64,000 bases of DNA from Lachnotalea sp. (GTDB taxonomy: Bacteria > Bacillota > Clostridia > Lachnospirales > Lachnospiraceae): the NCBI GenBank assembly GCA_041821265.1, contig JBGUEQ010000010.1:4217-68216 (forward strand). The letters run 5' to 3'. Position 1 is the first letter of the stretch. Each line of letters begins with the position of its first letter. The position numbers and the translations under genes were made by a program. The notes below the pieces were generated by a model, which saw nothing but the letters and a program-made list of their open reading frames with translations, was not told the origin of the DNA and searched no databases. Positions 9,761 through 18,944 of the stretch are shown here, piece by piece.

Positions 9761-9946
9761 TTAAAATATTTTGATAAGTTGTTGGATAAACGCTGTCTTA
9801 TGTCCTAAGTTTTGTAACATCGCCAATACATTACATGGAGCTCCACCTGGATTTACCTCAAATAGACGATTTCCTTGATTACTAGAACCATTTTCTGTAA
9901 AATCAATTAGCAATTTACCTAATGATATAACATCTATACTTTTCAT
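9761..9946 (-). pseudogene. Truncated PfkB-family fructokinase (N-terminal ~53 codons only)
   Basis: MKSIDVISLGKLLIDFTENGSSNQGNRLFEVNPGGAPCNVLAMLQNLGHKTAFI matches a fructokinase N-terminus, then ends after 8 unrelated codons. Full-length enzymes are about 300+ aa. Confidence 0.7.
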
Positions 9947-10008
9947 AAAATTAATATCCTCATTTTTTCATTAAAACACTATAAAATGATTTATGTAATG
10001 ACTCTTTA

Positions 10009-11475
10009 TTATACACAGATTCTATGTTTAACAATATTTGCTACCAGTTCACCCTTTACATGAAACAAAATATCCCGTGCCTCCAGAGGTGTATAAATTA
10101 CATTGCTCATCACTTGCTTTCCATCATTAATAAATATTTCAACAGAATATTTGTCTAATAAAATTCGAATGGTAAGTTTTACAGACTTTTCTGGAATTAT
10201 CATGGTTCTGATACAAGGAACATCTCTATTAAGTCCTGAATATGTTCTGTCAAAAGTAAACAATCCATCTTTCGGAATATAAGTACACTTTGTTGTATAA
10301 GTATCGCTATGAGCAAATTGAATTTCAAATTCTTGATACTCACCTTTTATAATGTCAATCTGAATATCCAGTTCTCTTCCTGAAATTCCTTCTAATTGTG
10401 TCTTATCAGAAAGAACATATTCCTGATATTCAACATTATCACAATAATATTTTTCAATCTCTTTTACCGGCTTTTGTATAATCTCATTTCCTTCTATTTC
10501 CAATTCCCTCGGGAAAGTCATCATACCATTCCATTTCAAATAGTCTGGATTGATTTTCGTATCCCATGACTGCATCCATGCAATCATAATACGTCTTCCG
10601 TCTTCCGTCTCCACTGTCTGAGGTGCATAAAAATCAAGTCCGTAATCAATGCTTTTTACACACTCCTGTGTAAATTCGGCTGTTTTGTAGTCAAAATTCC
10701 CACTGATATATATGGAATTATTTCCATTGTGAAATTCCATTCCTTTCGCAACCATGTCTTGTGGTGATGTTATTAGTACATACTTGTCTTGCAATGCAAA
10801 GAAGTCAGGGCATTCCCACATCTTTCCGTATCGATTATTATTCTTTACAAGGATCTTTACAAACTGCCATTCTCTCAAATCCTCAGACTTATACAAGGCA
10901 ATCTGTCCACTCTTATCTTCATTTCTGCTTGCGACTACTATATAAAAGCATTCCTCATGCTTCCAGATTTTCGGATCTCTAAAATCTTCTTCATAAGCAC
11001 CCTTCGGCAATGATTTTGCTGTAATGATAGGGTTACAATCCCATTTTTTATATTCTATTCCATCGCCTGATGCAATACATTGCACTTGCAGCACCTTTTT
11101 TGTCCCTGTGTCATCTTGTTCTTCTATAACACCAGTATAAACCAGAACATGTTCACCTTTATGTTCCAATGCACTCCCAGAAAAGCACCCCGCAAAATCA
11201 TTATCTGAATCTGGTGCCAATGCTATAGGGAGCTTTTCCCATTTAACAAAATCTTTTGTTTTAAAATGCCCCCAATGCATGGGGCCCCAGTCTGTAGAAT
11301 AAGGATGATATTGATAAAAAAGATGGTACTCTTTATTAAAAACAGAAAATCCATTTGGATCATTCATCCAACCTACCGGGACCGCTGCATGAAATTGCGG
11401 TCTCAATACTTCATCAATCTCCTTCATTTTTTCTTGTTCATATGCTCTCGCTTCTATTAATTTCTTATTGCTCAT
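10009..11475 (-). CDS. GH32 beta-fructofuranosidase / sucrose-6-phosphate hydrolase-type enzyme, cytoplasmic
   Basis: Catalytic motifs WMNDPNG, FRDPK and WECPD. No signal peptide. Confidence 0.9.
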   Translation of the reverse strand: MSNKKLIEARAYEQEKMKEIDEVLRPQFHAAVPVGWMNDPNGFSVFNKEYHLFYQYHPYSTDWGPMHWGHFKTKDFVKWEKLPIALAPDSDNDFAGCFSGSALEHKGEHVLVYTGVIEEQDDTGTKKVLQVQCIASGDGIEYKKWDCNPIITAKSLPKGAYEEDFRDPKIWKHEECFYIVVASRNEDKSGQIALYKSEDLREWQFVKILVKNNNRYGKMWECPDFFALQDKYVLITSPQDMVAKGMEFHNGNNSIYISGNFDYKTAEFTQECVKSIDYGLDFYAPQTVETEDGRRIMIAWMQSWDTKINPDYLKWNGMMTFPRELEIEGNEIIQKPVKEIEKYYCDNVEYQEYVLSDKTQLEGISGRELDIQIDIIKGEYQEFEIQFAHSDTYTTKCTYIPKDGLFTFDRTYSGLNRDVPCIRTMIIPEKSVKLTIRILLDKYSVEIFINDGKQVMSNVIYTPLEARDILFHVKGELVANIVKHRICV

Positions 11476-11495
11476 AAATTACCTTTTCTCTCAAA

Positions 11496-12347
11496 TTAAT
11501 TTTTGGCTCCCGTAGATGCAATTCCCTGTACATAGTATTTTTGCATACATAAAAATATGATCAAAACGGGAATTGTAATAAATGTAAGTCCTGCCATAAC
11601 ATTTCCATAATTTACAGGTTTAATTGCAAACAGACTATTAAGCGCCATTTGGATTGTATATTTCTTAGTGTCTGTAATAACCATAACTGGCCAAAGAAAA
11701 TCATTCCAAAACTTTATAAATGTCAAAATAGTTACTGTGCCGTATATTGGTTTTGCAAGTGGTACAATTAACTGAAAGAAAATACGCACTCTGCTAGCCC
11801 CATCTATTTTGGCTGCCTCTTCAATAGACTCTGGTACTCCAAGAAAGTTCTGTCGGAATAAAAAGATAAATAACGGATCTGCTAACGATGGGGCAATTAG
11901 ACCCAACTTGGAATTTGTCCATCCCAATTTGTAAATAATAGAAAATTGTGACAATATTACAGTTTGTGACGGAATAATCATGAGTGCTAATAAAATACTA
12001 AAAATTAAATCTCTCTTTGGAAATTTAATTCTTGCAAATGCATAGCCTGCCATAGAGTTAATCGTCATTCCTAAAACAATAATAATGGCAATATAAAAAA
12101 ACGAATTAAGTGCTGCTCCAATGAGCGGTATCTTTGCTAATACTTCCTGGTAATTGAAAAAAGGATTTTTATTAAATGATGTAACCGTAAATGCTCTTAA
12201 TCCATTAATATCTTTAAAAATTTGTGCATCGTTTTTAAATGAAGATGCTATCATCCATATTAACGGAAACACAAAGACCAGCGCGAGTACTGTCATAAAT
12301 AAAACAAATATTACTTTTTTAATTATAATGCTATTTTTTTTCTTCAT
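11496..12347 (-). CDS. Carbohydrate ABC transporter permease
   Basis: Six TM segments with the EAA loop EAAKIDGASRVRIFFQLIVP. Confidence 0.88.
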   Translation of the reverse strand: MKKKNSIIIKKVIFVLFMTVLALVFVFPLIWMIASSFKNDAQIFKDINGLRAFTVTSFNKNPFFNYQEVLAKIPLIGAALNSFFYIAIIIVLGMTINSMAGYAFARIKFPKRDLIFSILLALMIIPSQTVILSQFSIIYKLGWTNSKLGLIAPSLADPLFIFLFRQNFLGVPESIEEAAKIDGASRVRIFFQLIVPLAKPIYGTVTILTFIKFWNDFLWPVMVITDTKKYTIQMALNSLFAIKPVNYGNVMAGLTFITIPVLIIFLCMQKYYVQGIASTGAKN

Positions 12348-12356
12348 GATGCCCTC

Positions 12357-13253
12357 CTAGTCTTCATTGTTTTTAGATGTTAACTGTTTCTGTATCATTA
12401 CAATAATCAGTACCATAAATGTGAATACAACTGCCATTGCCGAACCATAACCTACATTTCTAAATTTATATCCGGTTTGATAAAGTTGATAAACAATGGT
12501 TACTGTTGAATTTTGTGGACCGCCTTGTGTCAACATCATTGGTTGAATAATTAATTGAAACGCACTAATTACAATAGATAATGTAATAAATACAGAAATA
12601 TTTTTAAGACCGGGCAGTGTAACACTTCTAAATAGCTGAAGTTTATTGGCTCCATCAACTCGGGCTGCCTCATACAGATGATTCGGAATATCCTGCAAAC
12701 CAGCTAAAAATATCATCATTTGAAATCCACATCCCTGCCAAGCTGACATTATTACAATACATGCCATTGCCTGCTTGGTACTTGTCAGAAATGGCTGTGC
12801 ACTGATTCCAAACATACCTAGCATTGCGTTTAGTAATCCATTATTTGGATTATAGATGTAGTACCATAGGATAGATACCACTACCAATGACAAAACAGTC
12901 GGTGCGAAAAAGGCTAATCTAAAAATAGAAATACCTATCATTTTTCTATTAATTAAAAGTGCTAATCCTAAAGCAGCACACACCTGCAATGGTACAACCG
13001 AAACTACAAATATAAATGTATTTAAAACACTTTTTAAAAATACTTTGTCATGAAACAATTTAATAAAATTTTTAAACCCAATAAATGTTTTTTCATCTGG
13101 TTTCAAAATATTATAATCCATAAAACTATAAGATACCGACAAACCAAACGGTATAATTAAAAATACAAATAAAAGAATGAGGGCAGGTGCCACAAAAGCA
13201 ATCCCTGTGGCACTCTCCTTATTTATTCTTCTTTTTGCTATTTGCTTATTCAT
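12357..13253 (-). CDS. Carbohydrate ABC transporter permease
   Basis: EAA loop EAARVDGANKLQLFRSVTLP. Start placed at ATG 13253 (MNKQIAK..), 7 nt after GGAGGG. The track start is 13268. Confidence 0.88.
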   Translation of the reverse strand: MNKQIAKRRINKESATGIAFVAPALILLFVFLIIPFGLSVSYSFMDYNILKPDEKTFIGFKNFIKLFHDKVFLKSVLNTFIFVVSVVPLQVCAALGLALLINRKMIGISIFRLAFFAPTVLSLVVVSILWYYIYNPNNGLLNAMLGMFGISAQPFLTSTKQAMACIVIMSAWQGCGFQMMIFLAGLQDIPNHLYEAARVDGANKLQLFRSVTLPGLKNISVFITLSIVISAFQLIIQPMMLTQGGPQNSTVTIVYQLYQTGYKFRNVGYGSAMAVVFTFMVLIIVMIQKQLTSKNNED

Positions 13254-13284
13254 AAAATAGCCCTCCATCCATTCAGTCTACAGC

Positions 13285-14583
13285 TTACTTCTCAACTTGG
13301 AAATTATACTGTTCTACTGCATCATCTAATGCTTGTTTTACATCCATTCCACTAGCAACATTTGCAACCGCCTTTGCAAATTTATCTGAAAGGATTGGGT
13401 AGTTAACAGCGATTGGTCTTGCAATTGCTGAATTCGCCATCTGATAACTAAATACATCTAATGGAGCCTCCTGAAATGCATCAATTTTTGCAAAAGAAGA
13501 TTGTCTTGCTGGTGGCATTGAAATTGCATCGTACATTTTTACACAACTTTCTGTAGCGGTGAGCCATTTAACAACTTCTGCTGCTGCTGCTCTACTTTCT
13601 TCTGGGCAATCCTTTGAAACTCCATAGGTCCAAGAACCGCATGGTGATGCTGCTGTTGCTCCATCTGCCTTAATTGGATATGGCATAGTCCCCCATTTAA
13701 TTTCTGGATAGTCATTTAATGTAGCAATTTCCCAAGGACCAGAAAAAGTCATTGCTGATGAACCTTTTTCAAAAGTATAATCTTCCGGTGTTGCACTTAC
13801 CAAACCGCCATCTATTAAATTTTTAATAAATGTTAACGCATCCACTGTTGCCTGACCATTTAAATAACCATCTACAGTTTCTTCTCCATCAGCTGATACA
13901 ATGCTGCCATCTCCTGATTGAATCAATGGAAGATATGCATAGGTAAGCCATTCGCCTATATCATTCAAACCAAGATTTGCACCAAATACACTATCAGTTT
14001 TCAATTTCTTACATGCCTCAGTGAATTCATCCCATGTCCAAGGGTCTTCTACTGTAGCTGGAGTAATGCCTGCTGCTGCAAACATATCTACGTTATAATA
14101 GATACATACCGATGAATCAAAAGTCCCTAATGTATATAGTTCGTCATTATATGTACCCTGCTGAATGATGTCCTTGTTGAAATCTGCCAATTCCGTGTCA
14201 TCCAAATATTCTCCAATTGGAACAATCGTTCCTGCATCAGCATTTGCTGCTACCGTAGGTCCATCAATCGTAAATACATCTGGCATGTCAGCGTTGGTAA
14301 TAGCTGCATTTATTTTGTCATCATAACCACCTGCGTCTCCAGTTCTTGCAATACCAGTTAACTGCACTTCAATTTCACCTTTGTGCTGCTCATTAAATTC
14401 TTTTACCAGTTCATCATAAACTTTTCCTTCTGGTGTATCGTTTGTTTGATGTACCCACAGTTGTATTACAGTTGCCCCATCTTTTGTTGTTGTCACTTCT
14501 TTTTCTTTGGAACCACACCCCGTAAATAATGTTGCTGCCATGATACCCGTCAGCATTGTTGCAATTACTCTTTTCACTCTCAT
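13285..14583 (-). CDS. Sugar ABC transporter substrate-binding lipoprotein
   Basis: Lipobox LFTGCGS. Family-1 solute-binding protein size and composition. First gene of the permease/GH32 operon. Confidence 0.85.
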   Translation of the reverse strand: MRVKRVIATMLTGIMAATLFTGCGSKEKEVTTTKDGATVIQLWVHQTNDTPEGKVYDELVKEFNEQHKGEIEVQLTGIARTGDAGGYDDKINAAITNADMPDVFTIDGPTVAANADAGTIVPIGEYLDDTELADFNKDIIQQGTYNDELYTLGTFDSSVCIYYNVDMFAAAGITPATVEDPWTWDEFTEACKKLKTDSVFGANLGLNDIGEWLTYAYLPLIQSGDGSIVSADGEETVDGYLNGQATVDALTFIKNLIDGGLVSATPEDYTFEKGSSAMTFSGPWEIATLNDYPEIKWGTMPYPIKADGATAASPCGSWTYGVSKDCPEESRAAAAEVVKWLTATESCVKMYDAISMPPARQSSFAKIDAFQEAPLDVFSYQMANSAIARPIAVNYPILSDKFAKAVANVASGMDVKQALDDAVEQYNFQVEK

Positions 14584-14603
14584 AATCCTTCTCCTTTTCC
14601 CTT

Positions 14604-14640
14604 TGTGAATATTGTGTATAATTCTGTATACGTATTCACA
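14604..14640 (-). promoter_or_regulatory. Candidate LacI-family operator region upstream of the sugar ABC/GH32 operon
   Basis: Contains TGTATACGTATTCA (14625-14638), a 14-bp near-palindrome centred on CG, nested in TGTGAATA..TATTCACA arms (14604-14611 / 14633-14640). Confidence 0.5.
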
Positions 14641-14687
14641 TTATTTATAAATGAAGGTACCATTTTAGTGGTGCCTTTATTTCGTTC

Positions 14688-15692
14688 TCAATATGATACT
14701 TTCTTTTTTTTCTTTACCGTGCTTGCCCTAGTAATAAGACGAGTATCTAATTGATATCTTACACATTGTTCCTGATTTTCTTTTCGTATTAATTCAACAA
14801 TACGTTCCATTCCCAGTTTTCCTATTTCTTCAATAGGCTGTGCTACACTAGTAAGTGCTGGTGATGCAATCTTGCATATAAATGTATTATCAAAACCTAC
14901 CAATGCAACATCCTGTGGAATGTTTACGTTTAATTCTTTTAAAACTTCGAGTACCTTGAGTGCTTGAACATCATTATTTGCAAATATACCAATTCCATCC
15001 GATTGTTCTTCTTCCTCTAGACGTTCTAATAAAATATCTTTTAAGTTAATATCTGGCTTATCTATAATTGGGAAATAATGTTCATTTATATTTATGTCCT
15101 TTTTTCGAAGTTCATTTACAAAACCTTTTTCTTTTTCATCTCTATCTCCACCTACGAAGATAAAACTATCAAATCCCATACCAAGTAAATGATTTGCAAC
15201 TTTTGCTCCAGCTTCAAAATGGGATATGTATACAGAATCTATTGTTTTTAGATCCATAGTTACCGAGACCATAGGAATCTCAATTTGTTTCAGTTCTTCT
15301 ATATAAGATTCTTCCTCAGATGCAGGTACTAAAAGAACACCATCTGCACGGTACCTTTTTAGAATATCCAAATATTTTTTTTCTCTCTTGGTATCATAGT
15401 TTGTGTTAAAAAGCATCAAAGTATAGCCTCGTTGTGCTGCCTCTGACTCAATTACTTTAACAAGTTCAGCAAAGAACGGATTACTAATATCTGTCACAAC
15501 CATCCCTAGAAGGAACGTCTGGTTTCCAACGAGGCTCTGCGCCATAATATTTGGTTGATAGTTATGTTCACTTGCACACTCTAACACTCTTCTCTTTACT
15601 TCAGTATTGACTGAAGTATTTCCATTTAAAACTCTTGAAACAGTTGCCTGTGAAACTCCAGTCAATTTTGCAATTTCTGTCATTGTAATCAT
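14688..15692 (-). CDS. LacI-family transcriptional regulator
   Basis: N-terminal HTH MTEIAKLTGVSQATVSRVLNG plus a periplasmic-binding-protein-like sugar-binding core. RBS AAGGAG. Confidence 0.9.
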   Translation of the reverse strand: MITMTEIAKLTGVSQATVSRVLNGNTSVNTEVKRRVLECASEHNYQPNIMAQSLVGNQTFLLGMVVTDISNPFFAELVKVIESEAAQRGYTLMLFNTNYDTKREKKYLDILKRYRADGVLLVPASEEESYIEELKQIEIPMVSVTMDLKTIDSVYISHFEAGAKVANHLLGMGFDSFIFVGGDRDEKEKGFVNELRKKDININEHYFPIIDKPDINLKDILLERLEEEEQSDGIGIFANNDVQALKVLEVLKELNVNIPQDVALVGFDNTFICKIASPALTSVAQPIEEIGKLGMERIVELIRKENQEQCVRYQLDTRLITRASTVKKKKKVSY

Positions 15693-15704
15693 TTGGAATC
15701 TCCT

Positions 15705-15738
15705 TGTGAATTATTAAAAATACGTATTCTTAATTCTG
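15705..15738 (-). promoter_or_regulatory. Second candidate LacI operator region, upstream of the lacI-family gene itself
   Basis: Shares three sequence blocks with 14604-14640: TGTGAAT (15705-15711), ATACGTATTC (15720-15729) and TAATTCTG (15731-15738). Confidence 0.45.
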
Positions 15739-15979
15739 AATATACAATACCATAGAAAGTACGTTTCGTAAATAGTAAATAATTATTTCTCTGATTTTGC
15801 AATCCATTTTATATAAAAGAGGAGTTTCTTATAATACCACCACCTAAATTTAATACTTTTTGAAATTTGCATATGAGAAGGTTTTGAAGCTTATGAGCTT
15901 GCAGGAGCACTTGAGGGTTGGAAAGGAATGAACCTTCCTATTGAAACATTAAAATAGAAATAATATCTGATATATAAAA

Positions 15980-16903
15980 CTATCTACGTACTCTGTCTTT
16001 GTTGTAGTATGGTTCACTCGCATATGGTTTAAGTAAAATATCATATGTGTCTGGTCTCCTATCTTTCAGCGTTGGCCATATCATTCTTGTTTTTTTGCAC
16101 TCGTTTAAATCGATATCTGTAACTAGAACCTCATCTTCCTTATCATTTGCCATATTCACTATGTGGCCCCATGGATCAATTACAAGACTGGATCCCATAT
16201 ACATTTGATCTTCTTCGAGTCCGACTCTATTACATACTGCAACCCATACACCATTCACAATGGCATTAGCTTTCTGCATGGTTGTAACAGCTTCGTATTG
16301 AGTTCCTCCTACAACAAAATCTGAAGGTGGGAGAACGCCATCCTCAACCAAAACTTCAACAGTTGGTACCAGAATAATATCTGCTCCTCTTAGCACCAAT
16401 GCTCGTACGGCTTCTGGGAACCAGCTGTCATAGCATATTGCAATGCCAACGTTTCCAGCATTTGTTTCATAAACTGGATATATAGTATTGCCAGGTCCAT
16501 AATAATATTTTTCATTATAACCTTCATTTTCGTAGGTATGAACCATTCTTGTGACACCTAGAAGAGTACCATCTGAATCTATGCAAACAGCACTGTCATA
16601 ATATTCACAAATATTACCTTCTTCAAACAAGCTTGCTACAATAACAATATTTGTTTCTTTTGCTTTCCTACATAGAAAATCTGTAATTTGACCTGGTATT
16701 TTCTGTGCAGATTCAAATTTTGTAGGGTCATGAGCATATTTAGGGAAAAACTGCTCAAATCCTACTTCTGGAAATAGTATAAGTTCGGCACCTCTAGCGG
16801 CTGCTTCATCTATCTGTTCCGCCGCTTTTTTTAAATTTTCCTCAATTGATGGTGTGGCACTTAATTGTCCCATTGCAATACGAGTTTTCATTTTATGCGT
16901 CAT
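15980..16903 (-). CDS. Carbon-nitrogen hydrolase (nitrilase superfamily) with Met at the expected catalytic Lys position
   Basis: LFPE (Glu) and AICYDSWFPE (Cys) are present. The expected h-R-K-x-H motif reads TRMVHT (M120, codon 16546-16544). Confidence 0.8.
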   Translation of the reverse strand: MTHKMKTRIAMGQLSATPSIEENLKKAAEQIDEAAARGAELILFPEVGFEQFFPKYAHDPTKFESAQKIPGQITDFLCRKAKETNIVIVASLFEEGNICEYYDSAVCIDSDGTLLGVTRMVHTYENEGYNEKYYYGPGNTIYPVYETNAGNVGIAICYDSWFPEAVRALVLRGADIILVPTVEVLVEDGVLPPSDFVVGGTQYEAVTTMQKANAIVNGVWVAVCNRVGLEEDQMYMGSSLVIDPWGHIVNMANDKEDEVLVTDIDLNECKKTRMIWPTLKDRRPDTYDILLKPYASEPYYNKDRVRR

Positions 16904-17068
16904 AATTCTTCCTCCTTAAAAATTATTGATGATTTCTATAAATCTCTTTTCTGCACGTCTCATGTCTACTTGAATATATATTACTCTAAGTATATATTTC
17001 TTTATTGTATCTTCTTAGACATTTTCTACGTTAGAAACATAATACCCTCATACCCAAATGATTTTGTA

Positions 17069-17110
17069 CAAAAATGGTCTCCTTTGTGGTCTAACAAAGG
17101 AGACCATTTT
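17069..17110 (-). terminator. 18-bp perfect hairpin terminator downstream of ybaN-like gene
   Basis: AAAAATGGTCTCCTTTGT / ACAAAGGAGACCATTTTT with a 6-nt loop. A/T runs flank both sides, so it could be bidirectional. Confidence 0.7.
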
Positions 17111-17266
17111 TGAATTTTGAGATTATTTTACATGAAATTATAAATTTCTTCACTAAATGCCAACTTAATCATTCATGATAGATCATACTGTGTAACTTTT
17201 CAAACTAAAAATACTAAATCAAGTGCCTGAACTTTCATCTCTGATTCTTATTTTTGAGCCCCTTAT

Positions 17267-17650
17267 TTAGAATTTTTCTAATTTATTCTCAGTAACCCTT
17301 GTTTTAAAGAGAAGAAGATGTACGGTCACGCCTATACCGACAAATGTCAGAAGAATCTTAAGCCATAATTTTTGTGTTACAAATATTGAAATAAGCAACA
17401 GAACCCACACTATCACTATAGCAATAGCCTTTCTTGCAAGAGTGATGCCCTGCTTTGTCCTCCACCCTTCAATATAAGGTCCGAAAATTCTATTTGACTC
17501 CAAACGTTTATATAGTTTGGGATCTGCGACTGAAAAGCATGACGCTGCTAAAATTACAAGTGGTGTAGTAGGAAGGATAGGCAAAAATATTCCCAGAGTC
17601 GCTATTCCTAGCAGGAGCCATCCAGATAGAAATAATAGCTTTTTTTTCAT
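17267..17650 (-). CDS. YbaN-family (DUF454) inner-membrane protein
   Basis: LPILPTTPLVILAASCFSVADPKLYKRL motif and 3-4 TM helices. Start set at ATG 17650 (MKKKLL..) after GGAGA. The track's TTG is at 17680. Confidence 0.7.
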   Translation of the reverse strand: MKKKLLFLSGWLLLGIATLGIFLPILPTTPLVILAASCFSVADPKLYKRLESNRIFGPYIEGWRTKQGITLARKAIAIVIVWVLLLISIFVTQKLWLKILLTFVGIGVTVHLLLFKTRVTENKLEKF

Positions 17651-17744
17651 TCTTGTCTCCATTCTTTTAACTTCGCTCAAGGTACATACATAGTAGGCGT
17701 TAAAATGGTGTACCCATCATCATTTTTGTTTCACTTCATATAAA

Positions 17745-18827
17745 CTAAATTCGAATTAACTCTCTAGGATATTTGGTTAACAACTCAGGTTTATCATCGG
17801 TAATCAATATTGCATCTTCAAATCTCGGAGCCCCCACCCCTGGCACAAATGGAGGAATTTCAATAAGAGCCCAAACTGTATTTTTTTCCATTTTACGTTC
17901 ATCACCTTTAGCAATAAATGGGCTGTCAAAAGCTTGAGGCCCATTCCCTAAGCCCAAACCATGACCGATTAGTCCACCAAAATGATATTTTTTGTAGTCA
18001 CCAAATCCTTCTAAAGTAGCAATTTGAACATCACTAATACTAACTCCAGACCTCATTACTTCAATAGCCGCGGTTTGTCCATTTAGAACTGCTTGTGTTG
18101 CCATTTCTTCCTCTTTCGTGATTTTTCCAAGTGCTATTGTTCTACATAAATCTGAATGATACCCCTCAATAACCGCACCGAGGTCAATTGTTATCAGTCC
18201 ATTGTTCTCAATCTTATCTTTTGGTGAAAACGGATGGGCGTGATTTAGAAGCTCACCATAGGCAACAAGTGTAGGATGAGCACCGATCCAAGATCCCGCA
18301 CCATGTTTTTTCATAACATATTCTGCCTCAGCTATAATGTCAAAACCTGTAACTCCAGGCTTAATCGCTCTAATAGCAGCTTCCATCGCAAGATCTGTCA
18401 CCTTAGCAGCTTTACGCAGTTTCTCTATCTCGTCAGGTGTTTTAACCATTCGAAGATCGTCAATCCAACTGTAAAGAAAAATCTCTTTTGCTTCTGGAAA
18501 TGTTGAATTTGGTAAGGATTCTTGAAGCATTTCAAATTGCCCTATCGGCATCCAATCTCTTTCAACCCCGAACTTTCCATCCACGATTCCTAATTTATCA
18601 AGAACCTTTGCAACATGATCATGTATTGTTCCTGCAGCCATAGCATATGGAAAAACCTTCATATCAGTTTTCTTTTTTGTATATTGAATATCCGTCCACA
18701 ATGTAATTAATACCGGTTCTCCTTCTTTTGGAATTACTACACAAGCAGCTGCTGTATCCTCATGACCAACCCCGGTGTAATAAATGATATTATTTCGGCT
18801 TGTAAAGCAATAACCCGTCAAGTTCAT
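17745..18827 (-). CDS. M24-family metallopeptidase (Xaa-Pro dipeptidase/creatinase-like); the true N-terminus appears frameshifted (see 18790-18882)
   Basis: Pita-bread-fold metal ligand contexts (DLGAVIEGYHSDLCRT, GHGLGLG, ALIEIPP, FEDAILI). An RBS-preceded ORF MNEVYQKRIDKARMKMKEYELDGLLLYKPK* (18882-18790) is the expected N-terminus in another frame. Confidence 0.8.
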   Translation of the reverse strand: MNLTGYCFTSRNNIIYYTGVGHEDTAAACVVIPKEGEPVLITLWTDIQYTKKKTDMKVFPYAMAAGTIHDHVAKVLDKLGIVDGKFGVERDWMPIGQFEMLQESLPNSTFPEAKEIFLYSWIDDLRMVKTPDEIEKLRKAAKVTDLAMEAAIRAIKPGVTGFDIIAEAEYVMKKHGAGSWIGAHPTLVAYGELLNHAHPFSPKDKIENNGLITIDLGAVIEGYHSDLCRTIALGKITKEEEMATQAVLNGQTAAIEVMRSGVSISDVQIATLEGFGDYKKYHFGGLIGHGLGLGNGPQAFDSPFIAKGDERKMEKNTVWALIEIPPFVPGVGAPRFEDAILITDDKPELLTKYPRELIRI

Positions 18828-18944
18828 ACTCTTTCATTTTCATTCTTGCCTTGTCGATTCTTTTTTGGTATACTTCGTTCATTTCTTTCATTCCTCCTAA
18901 TTTTTTGATTTAATTGTTCCTGGTAACATTTATAATAATATGTA

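Noticed and set aside
15877-15957. 26-codon plus-strand frame EGFEAYELAGALEGWKGMNLPIETLK*, resembling the C-terminus of a rhodanese-domain protein.
   Set aside because: Too short, and the similarity is only pattern-level (GF..Y.L.GG...W...G.P). It is reported here as a possible further remnant, not as a feature.
16865-17113. 82-aa plus-strand ORF. ORF 20107-20358 is a similar case.
   Set aside because: They lie in AT-rich intergenic or antisense sequence, are rich in Ile/Tyr/Phe/Leu, and lack RBSs. The first runs through a terminator hairpin.
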